Assembly: GCA_035310325.1 (NCBI GenBank)
Contig: DATGEH010000204.1
Span: 1-60,994, forward strand
DNA from: Gaiellaceae bacterium
Lineage (GTDB): Bacteria; Actinomycetota; Thermoleophilia; Gaiellales; Gaiellaceae
Length of the DNA stretch: 60,994 nt
Reading direction: 5' to 3'
Part shown: piece after piece, positions 26,695-35,891 of the stretch
Layout of the letters: each line of letters starts with the position of its first letter
Numbering within the stretch: the first letter of the stretch is position 1
Notes under the pieces: generated by a model
Seen by the model: the letters and a program-made list of their open reading frames with translations, nothing else
Told to the model about the DNA's origin: nothing
Database searches by the model: none
Position numbers and translations under genes: made by a program

Positions 26695-27339
26695 CTAGAG
26701 CCTTGCGGCGGCCGCCGCGTCGAGCACGACGATCGTCTCCTCGCCGCGCACGAGGCTGCCCGGGGTGGCGCGCGACGGTTCGTCCGCGAATGCTCGCCGC
26801 ACCGCGTTCGCCTTGATCGCACCGGTCACGAGGAAGACAACGGTGCGAGCCCCGCAGAGCACGGGCAGCGTCAGCGTGATCCGGTCGACGAACGGGTCGA
26901 GCTTTGCCTCGGTGCCGATCGCGCGCCGTTCGGTCTCGTCGAGCGACGGCTCGTCCGGGAAGAGCGACGCGACGTGGCCGTCGGGGCCGAGGCCGAGCAG
27001 CACGAAGTCGAAGCGATCGACGCCGGCGAGCTCCTCCTCGTACGCAGCCGCACCGGCATCGCGGCCGAGCTCGCCGCGCATCCGGTGGACGGCGCGGACC
27101 GCGACGCGATCGAGCAGCGTCTCCTGCACGAGCTTGTAGTTCGAGAGGTCGTCGACGGGGAAGACGCAGCGTTCGTCGCTCCACCAGATCTCGGCGTCGC
27201 TCCAGTCCGGCGTCGCCAGCTCGTAGGCGCGACGCGGGCTCGACCCGCCCGTCAGCACCACATGACCCGACGCGCCGGCAAGCCGTTCGGCGACGTCGCC
27301 GGCCGGATCGCCGGAGACGACGATCTCGGGCCTGCTCAC
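26695..27339 (-). CDS. pgl: 6-phosphogluconolactonase
   Basis: GLGPDGHVASLFP and LTGGSSP motifs. 214 aa. Confidence 0.8.
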   Translation of the reverse strand: MSRPEIVVSGDPAGDVAERLAGASGHVVLTGGSSPRRAYELATPDWSDAEIWWSDERCVFPVDDLSNYKLVQETLLDRVAVRAVHRMRGELGRDAGAAAYEEELAGVDRFDFVLLGLGPDGHVASLFPDEPSLDETERRAIGTEAKLDPFVDRITLTLPVLCGARTVVFLVTGAIKANAVRRAFADEPSRATPGSLVRGEETIVVLDAAAAARL

Positions 27340-28145
27340 TCCCTTCCGCCCGCGAGCTCGCGCGCTCGCGTCATCGCCGCCTGGATCGCGTTCAGGAACG
27401 CGCCCCGCACTCCGGCGATCTCGAGCTCGCGAATGGCCGCGATGGTCGTTCCCCCGGGCGAGGTCACCGATTCGCGCAGCTCCACGGGATGCATGCCCTG
27501 GTCGCGCAGCTGCGTGGCCGTCCCGAGCATGGTCTGCACCACGAGCGTCGTCGACGTCTCCCGCGGGAGCGAGAGCAGGATGCCCGCCTCGATCATCGTC
27601 TCCGCCAGCAGCGCGAAGTACGCGGGGCCGGAGCCGGAGAGCGCGGTGACAGCGTCCATCGCTTCCTCGGGCACGCGTACCACGCGTCCGAGATGCGCGA
27701 GCACAGCCTCGGCTGCCGCAAGCTGCTGCTCGTTCGCGTGCGCGCCGGGACAGACGGCGGCGATGCCCTCGTGCACGACCGCCGGCGCGTTCGGCATTGC
27801 CCGCACAACAGGCACTCCCTCGCCGATGCGCGCTTCGATGAACGAGGTCGGGATGGCGGCGGCGACGGACAGTACGGTTTGCGCGGGCGTGAGGAGGCCG
27901 CCGACTTCCTCGAGCAAGGCCGAGATGTCCTGCGGCTTCACGGCGACGACGACGACCGCGGCGCCGCGGATGGCGTCCGCGTTGGCCGTCGTCGCGTCGA
28001 CTCCATACCGCTTCTGCAGCTCGTCCACTCGCTCGGGCCGCCGGGAAGTGACCACGACATTCGTGCGGCCCGCGGTGATGAGGCCGGCGAGAAGGGCCTC
28101 GCCGAGCCTTCCGCCGCCGAGGATCGCGAGCCGCTGCTCCGCCAT
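27336..28145 (-). CDS. proC: Pyrroline-5-carboxylate reductase
   Basis: ILGGGRLGEAL Rossmann, SPGGTTIAA region, 269 aa. Its stop overlaps the pgl start. Confidence 0.85.
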   Translation of the reverse strand: MAEQRLAILGGGRLGEALLAGLITAGRTNVVVTSRRPERVDELQKRYGVDATTANADAIRGAAVVVVAVKPQDISALLEEVGGLLTPAQTVLSVAAAIPTSFIEARIGEGVPVVRAMPNAPAVVHEGIAAVCPGAHANEQQLAAAEAVLAHLGRVVRVPEEAMDAVTALSGSGPAYFALLAETMIEAGILLSLPRETSTTLVVQTMLGTATQLRDQGMHPVELRESVTSPGGTTIAAIRELEIAGVRGAFLNAIQAAMTRARELAGGRE

Positions 28146-28158
28146 CTGCGGAGTCTGC

Positions 28159-29019
28159 CTACGCTGCGAGTGTTGCGCCGGCGGGGATGAGGCCCCGGCC
28201 GTAGCCCACGAGGAGGTACGCGCTCGCGAGCCCGGCCCATTCGCCGTACCGCGCGAGCAGCTCTTCCGTCTCCGCGCCTTCGACCTCGCGGCCGAGCTGT
28301 GCCCGCAGGAGCTTGATCAGCCCGAGGTCGCCGACGAGCCCGCGGTCGTAGCGGCCGAGCCCTTCGAGGCAGACGACGCCGACCGACCACGGCCCCAGCC
28401 CGCGCTCGCGCCCGAGGCGCGACATGACGACGGCGCTCGGCTGGTCGTGCAGACGCTCGAGCTCGAGCGAGCGGCAGATGGAGACGAGCGCTGCCGCGCG
28501 GCGCGCATGCAGGCCGAGCGCGCGCAGGCGAGCCGGCGCGAGCACGCCGAGGTCGGCGGTCGTCGGCGACACGTGCAGTCGACTCGGGCCGGCGGCGCAC
28601 AGCGTCCGCACGATCGTCTGCTCCAGGCGGCGTGCACGCTTCGACTCGATCAGCTGCCCGCAGAACGCGCGCAGGAGCGCATGCGCGACGGTCGGCACGC
28701 GCAACGGGCGCAGGCCGCGCAGCTCCCGCGATGCGCGGCCGAGCAGCGCGTCGTCACGGACGTGGACGAGAAAGTCGGAGTGATCGTCGTCGAGCGCGAG
28801 GATCCAGCGCAGTCGCTCGGCGCCTACCGCGGAATCGGCCCGAATCGTCACCGTTCCATTCGGCGACTGCCGCGCGGCCGCCATTTCGACGCCCCCGTCG
28901 ACTGCGAGCGCCTGCGTCAGCACGCCGTCGCGAAACGTCCTGGTCGCATCGCTCGCGATCCGTGCCGACAGGGCGAGCGAGTACGGCCCGCGTGGCGTGA
29001 CCGCGAGCTCGACGCTCAA
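28159..29019 (-). CDS. HhH-GPD DNA glycosylase (AlkA-like 3-methyladenine glycosylase II)
   Basis: HhH region LGPWSVGVV followed by GDLGL. The proposed TTG start at 29019 overlaps the TGA of the upstream regulator (TTGA). The start is uncertain. Confidence 0.65.
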   Translation of the reverse strand: MSVELAVTPRGPYSLALSARIASDATRTFRDGVLTQALAVDGGVEMAAARQSPNGTVTIRADSAVGAERLRWILALDDDHSDFLVHVRDDALLGRASRELRGLRPLRVPTVAHALLRAFCGQLIESKRARRLEQTIVRTLCAAGPSRLHVSPTTADLGVLAPARLRALGLHARRAAALVSICRSLELERLHDQPSAVVMSRLGRERGLGPWSVGVVCLEGLGRYDRGLVGDLGLIKLLRAQLGREVEGAETEELLARYGEWAGLASAYLLVGYGRGLIPAGATLAA

Positions 29020-30335
29020 CGCTCGGCGTGCGCTTCTACCCGCGTCGCGCGCAGCATGAGCTCCGTCGCGCGATCGAGGATCTCGGCCGCCTCGTGGTCG
29101 CGGCCGATCTTCTGGAGGAGGTGACCCCACGAGCGGCACGTCTGCGCCGCCTCGCGCAGGAGCCCCTGATGCTCGTGCAGCTGCGCCGATCGGCGGTACG
29201 ACTCCTCCGCGCCCTCGTCGCCGGAAAGGGCAAGGGCGTTGGCGCGTGCGGCGAGCGCATAGCCCTCGTCGGCCGGGCTCAGCCCTTCGATGGCGAGGGC
29301 GCGCTCTGCGAACAGCCGCGCGTTCTCGCCATCGCCGCGGGCGGCCGCAATCCGTGAACGTAGGATCTTCATCTCGGCGCGATCCTCGACGGACGGCGCG
29401 GCGCCGAACAGTTTCGTCGCGTTGTTCAGATGCAACTCCGTCGCATCGGCGTCCTCGCGCGTGATGGTGATCCGCGCTGCGAGGAGATGCGCGCGGGCGA
29501 GGTGGAAGGAGTCGTCGGTTGCCTCGAGCAGCGCGATCGCCCGGCGCACGTTCGCAAGGGCGACGCTCTCGCGACCCTCCTTGTGCGCGAGCCTTGCCAT
29601 CGACCAGTACAGGCGAACGCGCATGTAGGGGTCGTTCGTGTCCTTCACGAGCTCGAGCGCGTGCTCGACCACCGCTTCGGCCCCCGCGAGATCACCGCTG
29701 TCGGTGAGCGCATAGCTCAGCAGCGTCGCGTACCGGGCTGCCAGCGTGGGCTCGCCTGCGTCCTCGGAGCCCTGCACGCAGCGCTCGAGCAGAATCGCGG
29801 CTTCGCGCACGCGGCCGTCGCCGGCGTATGCGCGGCCCAGGGCCGTGTAGATCTCGAAATGCTCGACGGGACGGAAGGGCTCGTCCGCGACTGCTGCCTC
29901 GAGCAGCGAGGTGGCGCGGTCGAACTGGCCGCGCTCCTGCGCGAGCGCGGCGAGAGCGGCCCGCGCGCGTGCGGCGGCTGCGAGGTCGGCGGCAGCGAGG
30001 GCGTCGGCGAGGACGGCTTCGAGCCCCGTGTCGATGCCCTCGGTTTCGCCGAGACGTACGGCAAGCTCGAGCTCGGAGAGACGCAGCTCGCGCGCCTCCG
30101 CGGAGTCGAGGCTCGAGCCGGTTTCGAGGTAGTCGGCGGTGACGCCGAGCTTCACCGCAAGCTTGCGCAGCGCCTTGACGGAGGGCTGGCGCGTCCCGGC
30201 TTCGATGCGGGAGATATACGCGTACGAAACACCCGGAGCAGCAAGCTCACGCTGTGACAGACCCCGCTCTAGCCGCAGTCGCTTGAGTCGCTGCCCGATC
30301 GTCTCGCCCGCGGCAGGCGATTGGTCGGAAGCCAT
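29016..30335 (-). CDS. XRE-family HTH regulator with a long TPR-like C-terminal domain (paralog-like to 14591-15931)
   Basis: HTH IGQRLKRLRLERGLSQRELAA..YAYISRIEAGTRQPS followed by ~370 aa of helical repeats. 439 aa. Confidence 0.8.
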   Translation of the reverse strand: MASDQSPAAGETIGQRLKRLRLERGLSQRELAAPGVSYAYISRIEAGTRQPSVKALRKLAVKLGVTADYLETGSSLDSAEARELRLSELELAVRLGETEGIDTGLEAVLADALAAADLAAAARARAALAALAQERGQFDRATSLLEAAVADEPFRPVEHFEIYTALGRAYAGDGRVREAAILLERCVQGSEDAGEPTLAARYATLLSYALTDSGDLAGAEAVVEHALELVKDTNDPYMRVRLYWSMARLAHKEGRESVALANVRRAIALLEATDDSFHLARAHLLAARITITREDADATELHLNNATKLFGAAPSVEDRAEMKILRSRIAAARGDGENARLFAERALAIEGLSPADEGYALAARANALALSGDEGAEESYRRSAQLHEHQGLLREAAQTCRSWGHLLQKIGRDHEAAEILDRATELMLRATRVEAHAER

Positions 30336-30444
30336 TCGCCAGCGATTCTGAACCCTTTGGGGAGATTCGTCAATGGAACCTCCGCCGTCTTGTCAACTCC
30401 TCATGCTTCCTAGTTGACCTGCGTCAGCTGGAAAGGAGGGAAAA

Positions 30445-30543
30445 GTGCGCCGCTACGTCCTGTACGCGAAGCTCGTGACGATCGTGCTCGTTCTGAGCGC
30501 GATCGCGATCTTCATCGCCGAGGCCCCTTGGGGCCCGGACTGA
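30445..30543 (+). CDS. Unannotated 32-codon ORF: hydrophobic pro-peptide MRRYVLYAKLVTIVLVLSAIAIFIAEAPWGPD
   Basis: GGAGG lies 5 nt upstream of the GTG. 30 of 32 codons end in G/C. It is divergent from the regulator at 30335 and followed by a hairpin. Confidence 0.5.
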   Translation: MRRYVLYAKLVTIVLVLSAIAIFIAEAPWGPD

Positions 30544-30553
30544 GCCTCCTGAC

Positions 30554-30589
30554 CAGCGGGCGGGCGCCGGTGACGGCATCCGCCCGCTG
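30554..30589 (+). terminator. Hairpin with 10-bp stem and 16-nt loop after the mini-ORF (terminator or attenuator)
   Basis: cagcgggcgg...ccgcccgctg, no T-tail. It sits 15 nt before the next ATG. Confidence 0.4.
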
Positions 30590-30604
30590 TACCCTCCCGC
30601 GCCA

Positions 30605-32026
30605 ATGACGGTCGTCGAGCTGGCTGTCTACGCGCTGCTCCTGGCCGTTGCTGCCGCCGCAGTCTGGCGTCGGCCGCTCGTCGCCCTCTACCTCTTCGTC
30701 GTCGGCCTCGCGCTGCACAACGCCGCGATGGCCGCGCTCTACGCCGCCGGCGTGCGCGGGAGCACCCTCACCGCGATCACGGCGTGGAAGGAGATCCTTC
30801 TCGCTGTCGCCCTCGCGCGCGTGATACGAGATGCGGTCCGCGAGCGGCGTCTTCCGTTCCGCCCTGGGATCGTCGATGCGCTCGCGCTCGCCTTCGCATT
30901 CCTCGCGTGCGTATACGCGCTCATCCCGCAGTCGGCGCTCGGCGGGCTCGCCGATCGGCATGCCGTCGCGCTCGGGCTTCGCCACGACGTCTTACCGGTC
31001 GGCGCGTTCTTCCTCGGCCGTGCGCTCGTCGTCGGCCGCGACGACGTGCGCCGGATCGCGTGGACGCTGCTCGGCACCGCCGCCTTCGTCGCGACGCTCG
31101 GGATCGTCGACGTCTACGCGGTGCCGATCGGCTGGTGGCGGACGAACGGCGTCGTCGACTACTTCCACAAGCACCTCGGCTACCACTACAACGGCACCGG
31201 CGGGCTGCCGGAGAACTTCATCTACAACGTCGGCGGCGACAAGCCGTTCCTCCGCCGCCTCGTGTCGACCTTCCTCAGCCCGCTCGCGTCGGGCTACCTC
31301 ATGGTCGTCGCGCTGCTGCTCGCGCCGCGTCGGCGCATCGCGATTCCGCTCGCGGTCGTCGCGTTCGCGGGCCTGCTGTTCACGTTCTCGCGCTCGTCGC
31401 TCGTCGCGCTCGCCGGCGGGCTCGTCGTGCTCGGCGTTCTGCGCCGCCGCACACCCGAGCTCGCGGCAGCGGTCGTCGTCATCGCGATCGCCGTCGGCTG
31501 GGCGCACGTGTTCCCGAAGATCGCGCCGACGGGCCGCTTCACGAAGGCCGACCTCACGTTCCAGCATCAACACGCGGGCAACTCGACCGCGAGCTTCTCC
31601 GCGACGAGCTCGAGCGAGCCGTCGCTGCACGAGCACTGGCTGGCGCTCAAGGACGGCATCCGCACGATGATTCATCACCCGCAGGGCTATGGGCTCGGCA
31701 ATGTCGGACAGACCGCGTCGCGCACGGGCACGCCGCTGAAGGCGGGTGAGTCGAACTACACCGAGCTCGGCGTCGAGCTCGGCGTGCTCGGCGCGCTGCT
31801 GTGGGCCGCGTGGGGGCTCGCGGTGCTCTGGGGGCTCGTGCGGGCGCGGGCGGCGACGATGACGGCGGCGTTCGCCGCGATCCTCGCCCTCGCGGTGCAG
31901 ACGGATGTCATCGGCGACCCGTGGGTCGCGTACGTCGTCTGGGGCCTCGCCGGCGCACTCCTCTTGAAGACGCGTCCGCAGGAGCGTCTTGCGGGTGCGG
32001 CAGCGCCCACCGTACCGTTGTCCTGA
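30605..32026 (+). CDS. O-antigen ligase/polymerase-like (Wzy_C family) membrane protein
   Basis: 473 aa, polytopic, with an FTFSRSSLVALAGG-type region and a large loop. Confidence 0.65.
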   Translation: MTVVELAVYALLLAVAAAAVWRRPLVALYLFVVGLALHNAAMAALYAAGVRGSTLTAITAWKEILLAVALARVIRDAVRERRLPFRPGIVDALALAFAFLACVYALIPQSALGGLADRHAVALGLRHDVLPVGAFFLGRALVVGRDDVRRIAWTLLGTAAFVATLGIVDVYAVPIGWWRTNGVVDYFHKHLGYHYNGTGGLPENFIYNVGGDKPFLRRLVSTFLSPLASGYLMVVALLLAPRRRIAIPLAVVAFAGLLFTFSRSSLVALAGGLVVLGVLRRRTPELAAAVVVIAIAVGWAHVFPKIAPTGRFTKADLTFQHQHAGNSTASFSATSSSEPSLHEHWLALKDGIRTMIHHPQGYGLGNVGQTASRTGTPLKAGESNYTELGVELGVLGALLWAAWGLAVLWGLVRARAATMTAAFAAILALAVQTDVIGDPWVAYVVWGLAGALLLKTRPQERLAGAAAPTVPLS

Positions 32027-32482
32027 GTGACAACAGCACGATTGCTCTTCCTCGCCGCGCTCGCGGCTGGGCTGCTCGCGGTCTTTCTCGCCGTGCGCCC
32101 GCACCGGGCGCCCGTCCTGCCGCGCACCGCAGGCGTCGCGAGCGCGGCGGTGACCCAGGCGAACATTCGCGCAACGATCTGCCGCGCCGGCTGGACGAAG
32201 ACGATTCGTCCTCCCGTCGCGTACACGAATGCGCTCAAGCTGAAGCAAATGCGCCAGTACGGCGAGCGCGGGGCGCCGTCGGCGTATCAGGAGGACCACC
32301 TGATCAGCCTCGAGCTCGGCGGCGATCCGACCGACCCGCGCAACCTTTGGCCGGAGCCGTATCCGCGTGCGGCTTCGATGGATCAGATCGAGAACGAGCT
32401 GAACCACGCGGTCTGCGCAGGGAAGCTCTCGCTGCAGGCGGCGCAGGCCGAGGAGTCGAAGATCAAGCACACGCGGGGGTAA
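32027..32482 (+). CDS. Membrane-anchored/secreted HNH-like (beta-beta-alpha-Me) nuclease-fold protein
   Basis: N-terminal hydrophobic anchor. YQEDHLISLELGGDPTDPRNLWPEP resembles an HNH core. The GTG directly follows the upstream TGA. Confidence 0.5.
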   Translation: MTTARLLFLAALAAGLLAVFLAVRPHRAPVLPRTAGVASAAVTQANIRATICRAGWTKTIRPPVAYTNALKLKQMRQYGERGAPSAYQEDHLISLELGGDPTDPRNLWPEPYPRAASMDQIENELNHAVCAGKLSLQAAQAEESKIKHTRG

Positions 32483-32492
32483 CCTTCGCCGC

Positions 32493-32969
32493 ATGGCGAT
32501 CGACCCGCGCGTGGACATCGGGCACGTCCACCTCAAGGTGTCGGACCTCGACCGCGCGCTCGACTTCTACGTCGGCGTGCTCGGCTTCGACGTCTTCCTC
32601 CGTCACGGCGACGAGGCGGCCTTCATCTCCGCCGGCGGCTATCACCATCACATCGGCCTGAACACGTGGGAGTCGAAAGGCGCGCCCCCGGCGCCGCGCA
32701 ACACGACCGGCCTGTACCACACCGCGATCCGTTATCCCGACCGCAAGGCACTCGCCGACGCGCTCCGGCGCGTGACCGAGGCAGGCATCCCGCTCGACGG
32801 CGCCAGCGACCACGGCGTCTCGGTCGCGCTCTATCTCCGCGACCCCGACCAGAACGGCGTCGAGCTCTACTACGACAAGCCTGAGAAGGACTGGCCCCGC
32901 GACGCGGACGGCAAGCCGACGATGTGGACCAAGCCCGCCGACGTCCAGGCGCTTCTGGCCGAGGCCTAG
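32493..32969 (+). CDS. VOC/glyoxalase-family protein (extradiol dioxygenase-like)
   Basis: IGHVHLKVSDLDRALDFYVGVLGF...HHIGLN...SVALYLRDPDQNGVELY. Confidence 0.75.
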   Translation: MAIDPRVDIGHVHLKVSDLDRALDFYVGVLGFDVFLRHGDEAAFISAGGYHHHIGLNTWESKGAPPAPRNTTGLYHTAIRYPDRKALADALRRVTEAGIPLDGASDHGVSVALYLRDPDQNGVELYYDKPEKDWPRDADGKPTMWTKPADVQALLAEA

Positions 32970-33027
32970 CTAAGGGTTTTCCCAGATCACGAAGCAGGCT
33001 CGGATTCGCTACAACTGACGGAAGCCC

Positions 33028-34878
33028 ATGGCCAAGCCGGTTGAGCAGCTCTCTCAGGTGATCGTCCGCTTTGCGGGCGACTCCGGCGACGGGATGCAGC
33101 TCACGGGCTCGCAATTCACGTCCGAGACGGCGCTGCTCGGCAACGACATCTCGACGCTTCCGGACTTTCCGGCGGAGATTCGCGCGCCGGCCGGCTCGCT
33201 GCCCGGCGTCTCCGGCTTCCAGCTCCATTTCGCCGACTTCGACATCCTCACGCCCGGCGACGAGCCGAACGTGCTCGTGGCGATGAACCCGGCGGCGTTG
33301 AAGACGAACATCAAGGATCTGCCGAAAGGCGGCACGCTCATCGTCGACAGCGATGCGTTCAAGGACCGGAACCTCCAGAAGGCCGGCTACGCGGCGAACC
33401 CGCTCGAGGACGGCTCGCTCTCCGAGTACCAGGTGCACGAAGTGCCGCTCACCTCGCTCACCGTCGGCGCGCTGAAGGGAATCGAGGGCGTCACACCCCG
33501 CGAGGCGGAACGCTCGAAGAACATGTTCGCGCTCGGGCTGATGTCGTGGCTGTACGGCCGCCCGATCGAGCCGACGATCGAGTTCCTGCAGGCGAAGTTC
33601 GGCGCAAAGCGGCCGGAGATCGCAGATGCGAACGTGAAGGCGCTGCAGGCGGGCTACGCGTTCGGCGAGACGACGGAGACGTTCGCGGTCACGTACGAAG
33701 TCAAGCCGGCGAAGCTCAAGCCCGGCCTCTACCGCAACATCACGGGCAACCAGGCGTTGTCACTCGGGCTCGTCGCGGCGGCGCGGCAGTCGGGGCTGCC
33801 GCTCTTCCTCGGCGCGTATCCGATCACGCCGGCGAGCGCGATCCTCGAGGAGCTCGCGGGCTACAAGAACTTCGGCGTGCGCACGTTCCAGGCGGAAGAC
33901 GAGATCGCCGCCGCCGGTGCCGCCGTCGGCGCTGCGTTCGGCGGCTCGCTCGGCGTGACGACGTCGGCCGGCCCCGGCATCGTGCTGAAGGCGGAGACGG
34001 TCGGCCTCGCGGTGATGCTCGAGCTCCCGCTCGTCATCTGCGACGTCCAGCGTGCGGGCCCGTCCACCGGCATGCCGACGAAGCCGGAGCAGGGCGACCT
34101 CCTGATGGTGCTGTTCGGGCGCAACTCGGAGTCGCCGGTCCCTGTGGTCGCGGCGCGCTCGCCGTCGGACTGCTTCGACGCGGCGATCGAGGCGTGTCGC
34201 ATCGCGCTGAAGTACCGCACGCCCGTCTACCTGCTCTCCGATGCATATCTCGCGAATGGATCCGAGCCGTGGCTGCTGCCAGAGGTCGAGTCGCTGCCCG
34301 ACATCTCGACGACGTTCGCGACCGAGGCGAACGCCGACGGCGAGTTCCACCCGTACCTGCGCGACGAGCAGACGCTCGCGCGGCCGTGGGCGATTCCCGG
34401 AACCCCTGGCCTCGAGCACCGCATCGGCGGGCTCGAGAAGGCCGACGGCACGGGGAACATCTCGTACGACCCCGACAACCACGACCTGATGACGCGCCTG
34501 CGCGCGCAGAAGGTGGCGGGCATCGCGGGCGACATACCCGAGCTGGAGGTCGACGACCCCGACGGCGACGCCAAGGTGCTCGTCCTCGGCTGGGGCGGGA
34601 CGTACGGCCCGATCGCTGCGGCGTGCCGGCGTGTCCGCCGGGACGGCGGCAAGGTGGCGCAGGCGCACCTCAGGCACCTCAATCCGTTTCCGCGCAACAC
34701 CGCTGAGGTGCTGAAGCGCTACGAGCGCGTCCTCATTCCGGAGATGAACCTCGGCCAGCTGCTCAAGCTCGTGCGCGCCGAGTTCCTCGTCGACGCCGTC
34801 GGCTACAACCGCGTGAGCGGGCTGCCGTTGCGCGCGACCGAGGTTGCAGGCGCGATCAATGCGCTGGTGGAGCGATGA
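33028..34878 (+). CDS. korA: 2-oxoglutarate:ferredoxin oxidoreductase, alpha subunit
   Basis: 616 aa with the gamma/alpha-domain fusion pattern typical of actinobacterial KorA. Coupled to korB by ATGA. Confidence 0.8.
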   Translation: MAKPVEQLSQVIVRFAGDSGDGMQLTGSQFTSETALLGNDISTLPDFPAEIRAPAGSLPGVSGFQLHFADFDILTPGDEPNVLVAMNPAALKTNIKDLPKGGTLIVDSDAFKDRNLQKAGYAANPLEDGSLSEYQVHEVPLTSLTVGALKGIEGVTPREAERSKNMFALGLMSWLYGRPIEPTIEFLQAKFGAKRPEIADANVKALQAGYAFGETTETFAVTYEVKPAKLKPGLYRNITGNQALSLGLVAAARQSGLPLFLGAYPITPASAILEELAGYKNFGVRTFQAEDEIAAAGAAVGAAFGGSLGVTTSAGPGIVLKAETVGLAVMLELPLVICDVQRAGPSTGMPTKPEQGDLLMVLFGRNSESPVPVVAARSPSDCFDAAIEACRIALKYRTPVYLLSDAYLANGSEPWLLPEVESLPDISTTFATEANADGEFHPYLRDEQTLARPWAIPGTPGLEHRIGGLEKADGTGNISYDPDNHDLMTRLRAQKVAGIAGDIPELEVDDPDGDAKVLVLGWGGTYGPIAAACRRVRRDGGKVAQAHLRHLNPFPRNTAEVLKRYERVLIPEMNLGQLLKLVRAEFLVDAVGYNRVSGLPLRATEVAGAINALVER

Positions 34879-35891
34879 GCAACGGAAACGGGCACAAGCT
34901 GACGTTGACGGCGAAGGACTACCGCACCGACCAAGAGGTGCGCTGGTGCCCGGGCTGCGGCGACTACGCGATCCTCGCGGCGATGCAGGCGTTCATGCCG
35001 GAGCTCGGCATCGAGCGCGAGAACACCGTCTTCGTGTCGGGCATCGGCTGCGCTGCGCGCTTCCCGTACTACATGAATACGTACGGGATGCACTCGATTC
35101 ACGGCCGCGCGCCCGCGATCGCGACCGGGCTCGCCGTGACGCGACCGGATCTCTCCGTGTGGGTCGCGACCGGCGACGGCGACGCGCTCTCGATCGGCGG
35201 CAACCACCTCATTCATGCGCTGCGCCGCAACGTCAACTTCAAGATCCTCCTCTTCAACAACCGCATCTACGGATTGACCAAGGGGCAGTACTCGCCGACG
35301 AGCGAGCTCGGCAAGGTGACGAAGTCGACGCCGATGGGCTCGCTCGACTGGCCCTTCAATCCGCTGTCGCTCGCGATCGGCGCGGAGGCGACGTTCGTCG
35401 CGCGCGCGGTCGACACCGACAAGGCGGGAATGACCGACGTGCTGCGCGCGGCGGCCGAGCATCGCGGCAGCGCGTTCGTCGAGATCTTCCAGAACTGCCC
35501 GATCTTCAACGACGAGGCGTTCGACTTCGTGCGCGACGACAAGGAAGGCATCAACCGCATCGCGCTGCGCGACGGCGAGCCGATTCGCTGGGGCAAGGAC
35601 CTGCAGAAGGCGCTGCGCCAGCGGTCGGACGGGTCGATCGAGGATTGCGCCGCCGACGACGCCGGCGTGCTCGTCCACGACGCGAAGCACGAGAGTGCGG
35701 CGCTCGCGTTCGCGCTCTCACGCGTGACGCAGGAGACGCACGGCGGCACGCCGATCGGCGTCTTCCGCGACGTCGAGCGCCCGGTCTACGACGACCTCAT
35801 GGCCGAGCAGCTTGCCGCGGCGACGGAGAAGCGGGGCGAGGGCGACCTCGCCGCGCTGCTGCACAGCGGCGAGACCTGGACGATCGCCTAG
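34875..35891 (+). CDS. korB: 2-oxoglutarate:ferredoxin oxidoreductase, beta (TPP-binding) subunit
   Basis: WCPGCGDYAIL and GDGD..SIGGNH TPP-binding motifs. 338 aa. Confidence 0.85.
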   Translation: MSNGNGHKLTLTAKDYRTDQEVRWCPGCGDYAILAAMQAFMPELGIERENTVFVSGIGCAARFPYYMNTYGMHSIHGRAPAIATGLAVTRPDLSVWVATGDGDALSIGGNHLIHALRRNVNFKILLFNNRIYGLTKGQYSPTSELGKVTKSTPMGSLDWPFNPLSLAIGAEATFVARAVDTDKAGMTDVLRAAAEHRGSAFVEIFQNCPIFNDEAFDFVRDDKEGINRIALRDGEPIRWGKDLQKALRQRSDGSIEDCAADDAGVLVHDAKHESAALAFALSRVTQETHGGTPIGVFRDVERPVYDDLMAEQLAAATEKRGEGDLAALLHSGETWTIA

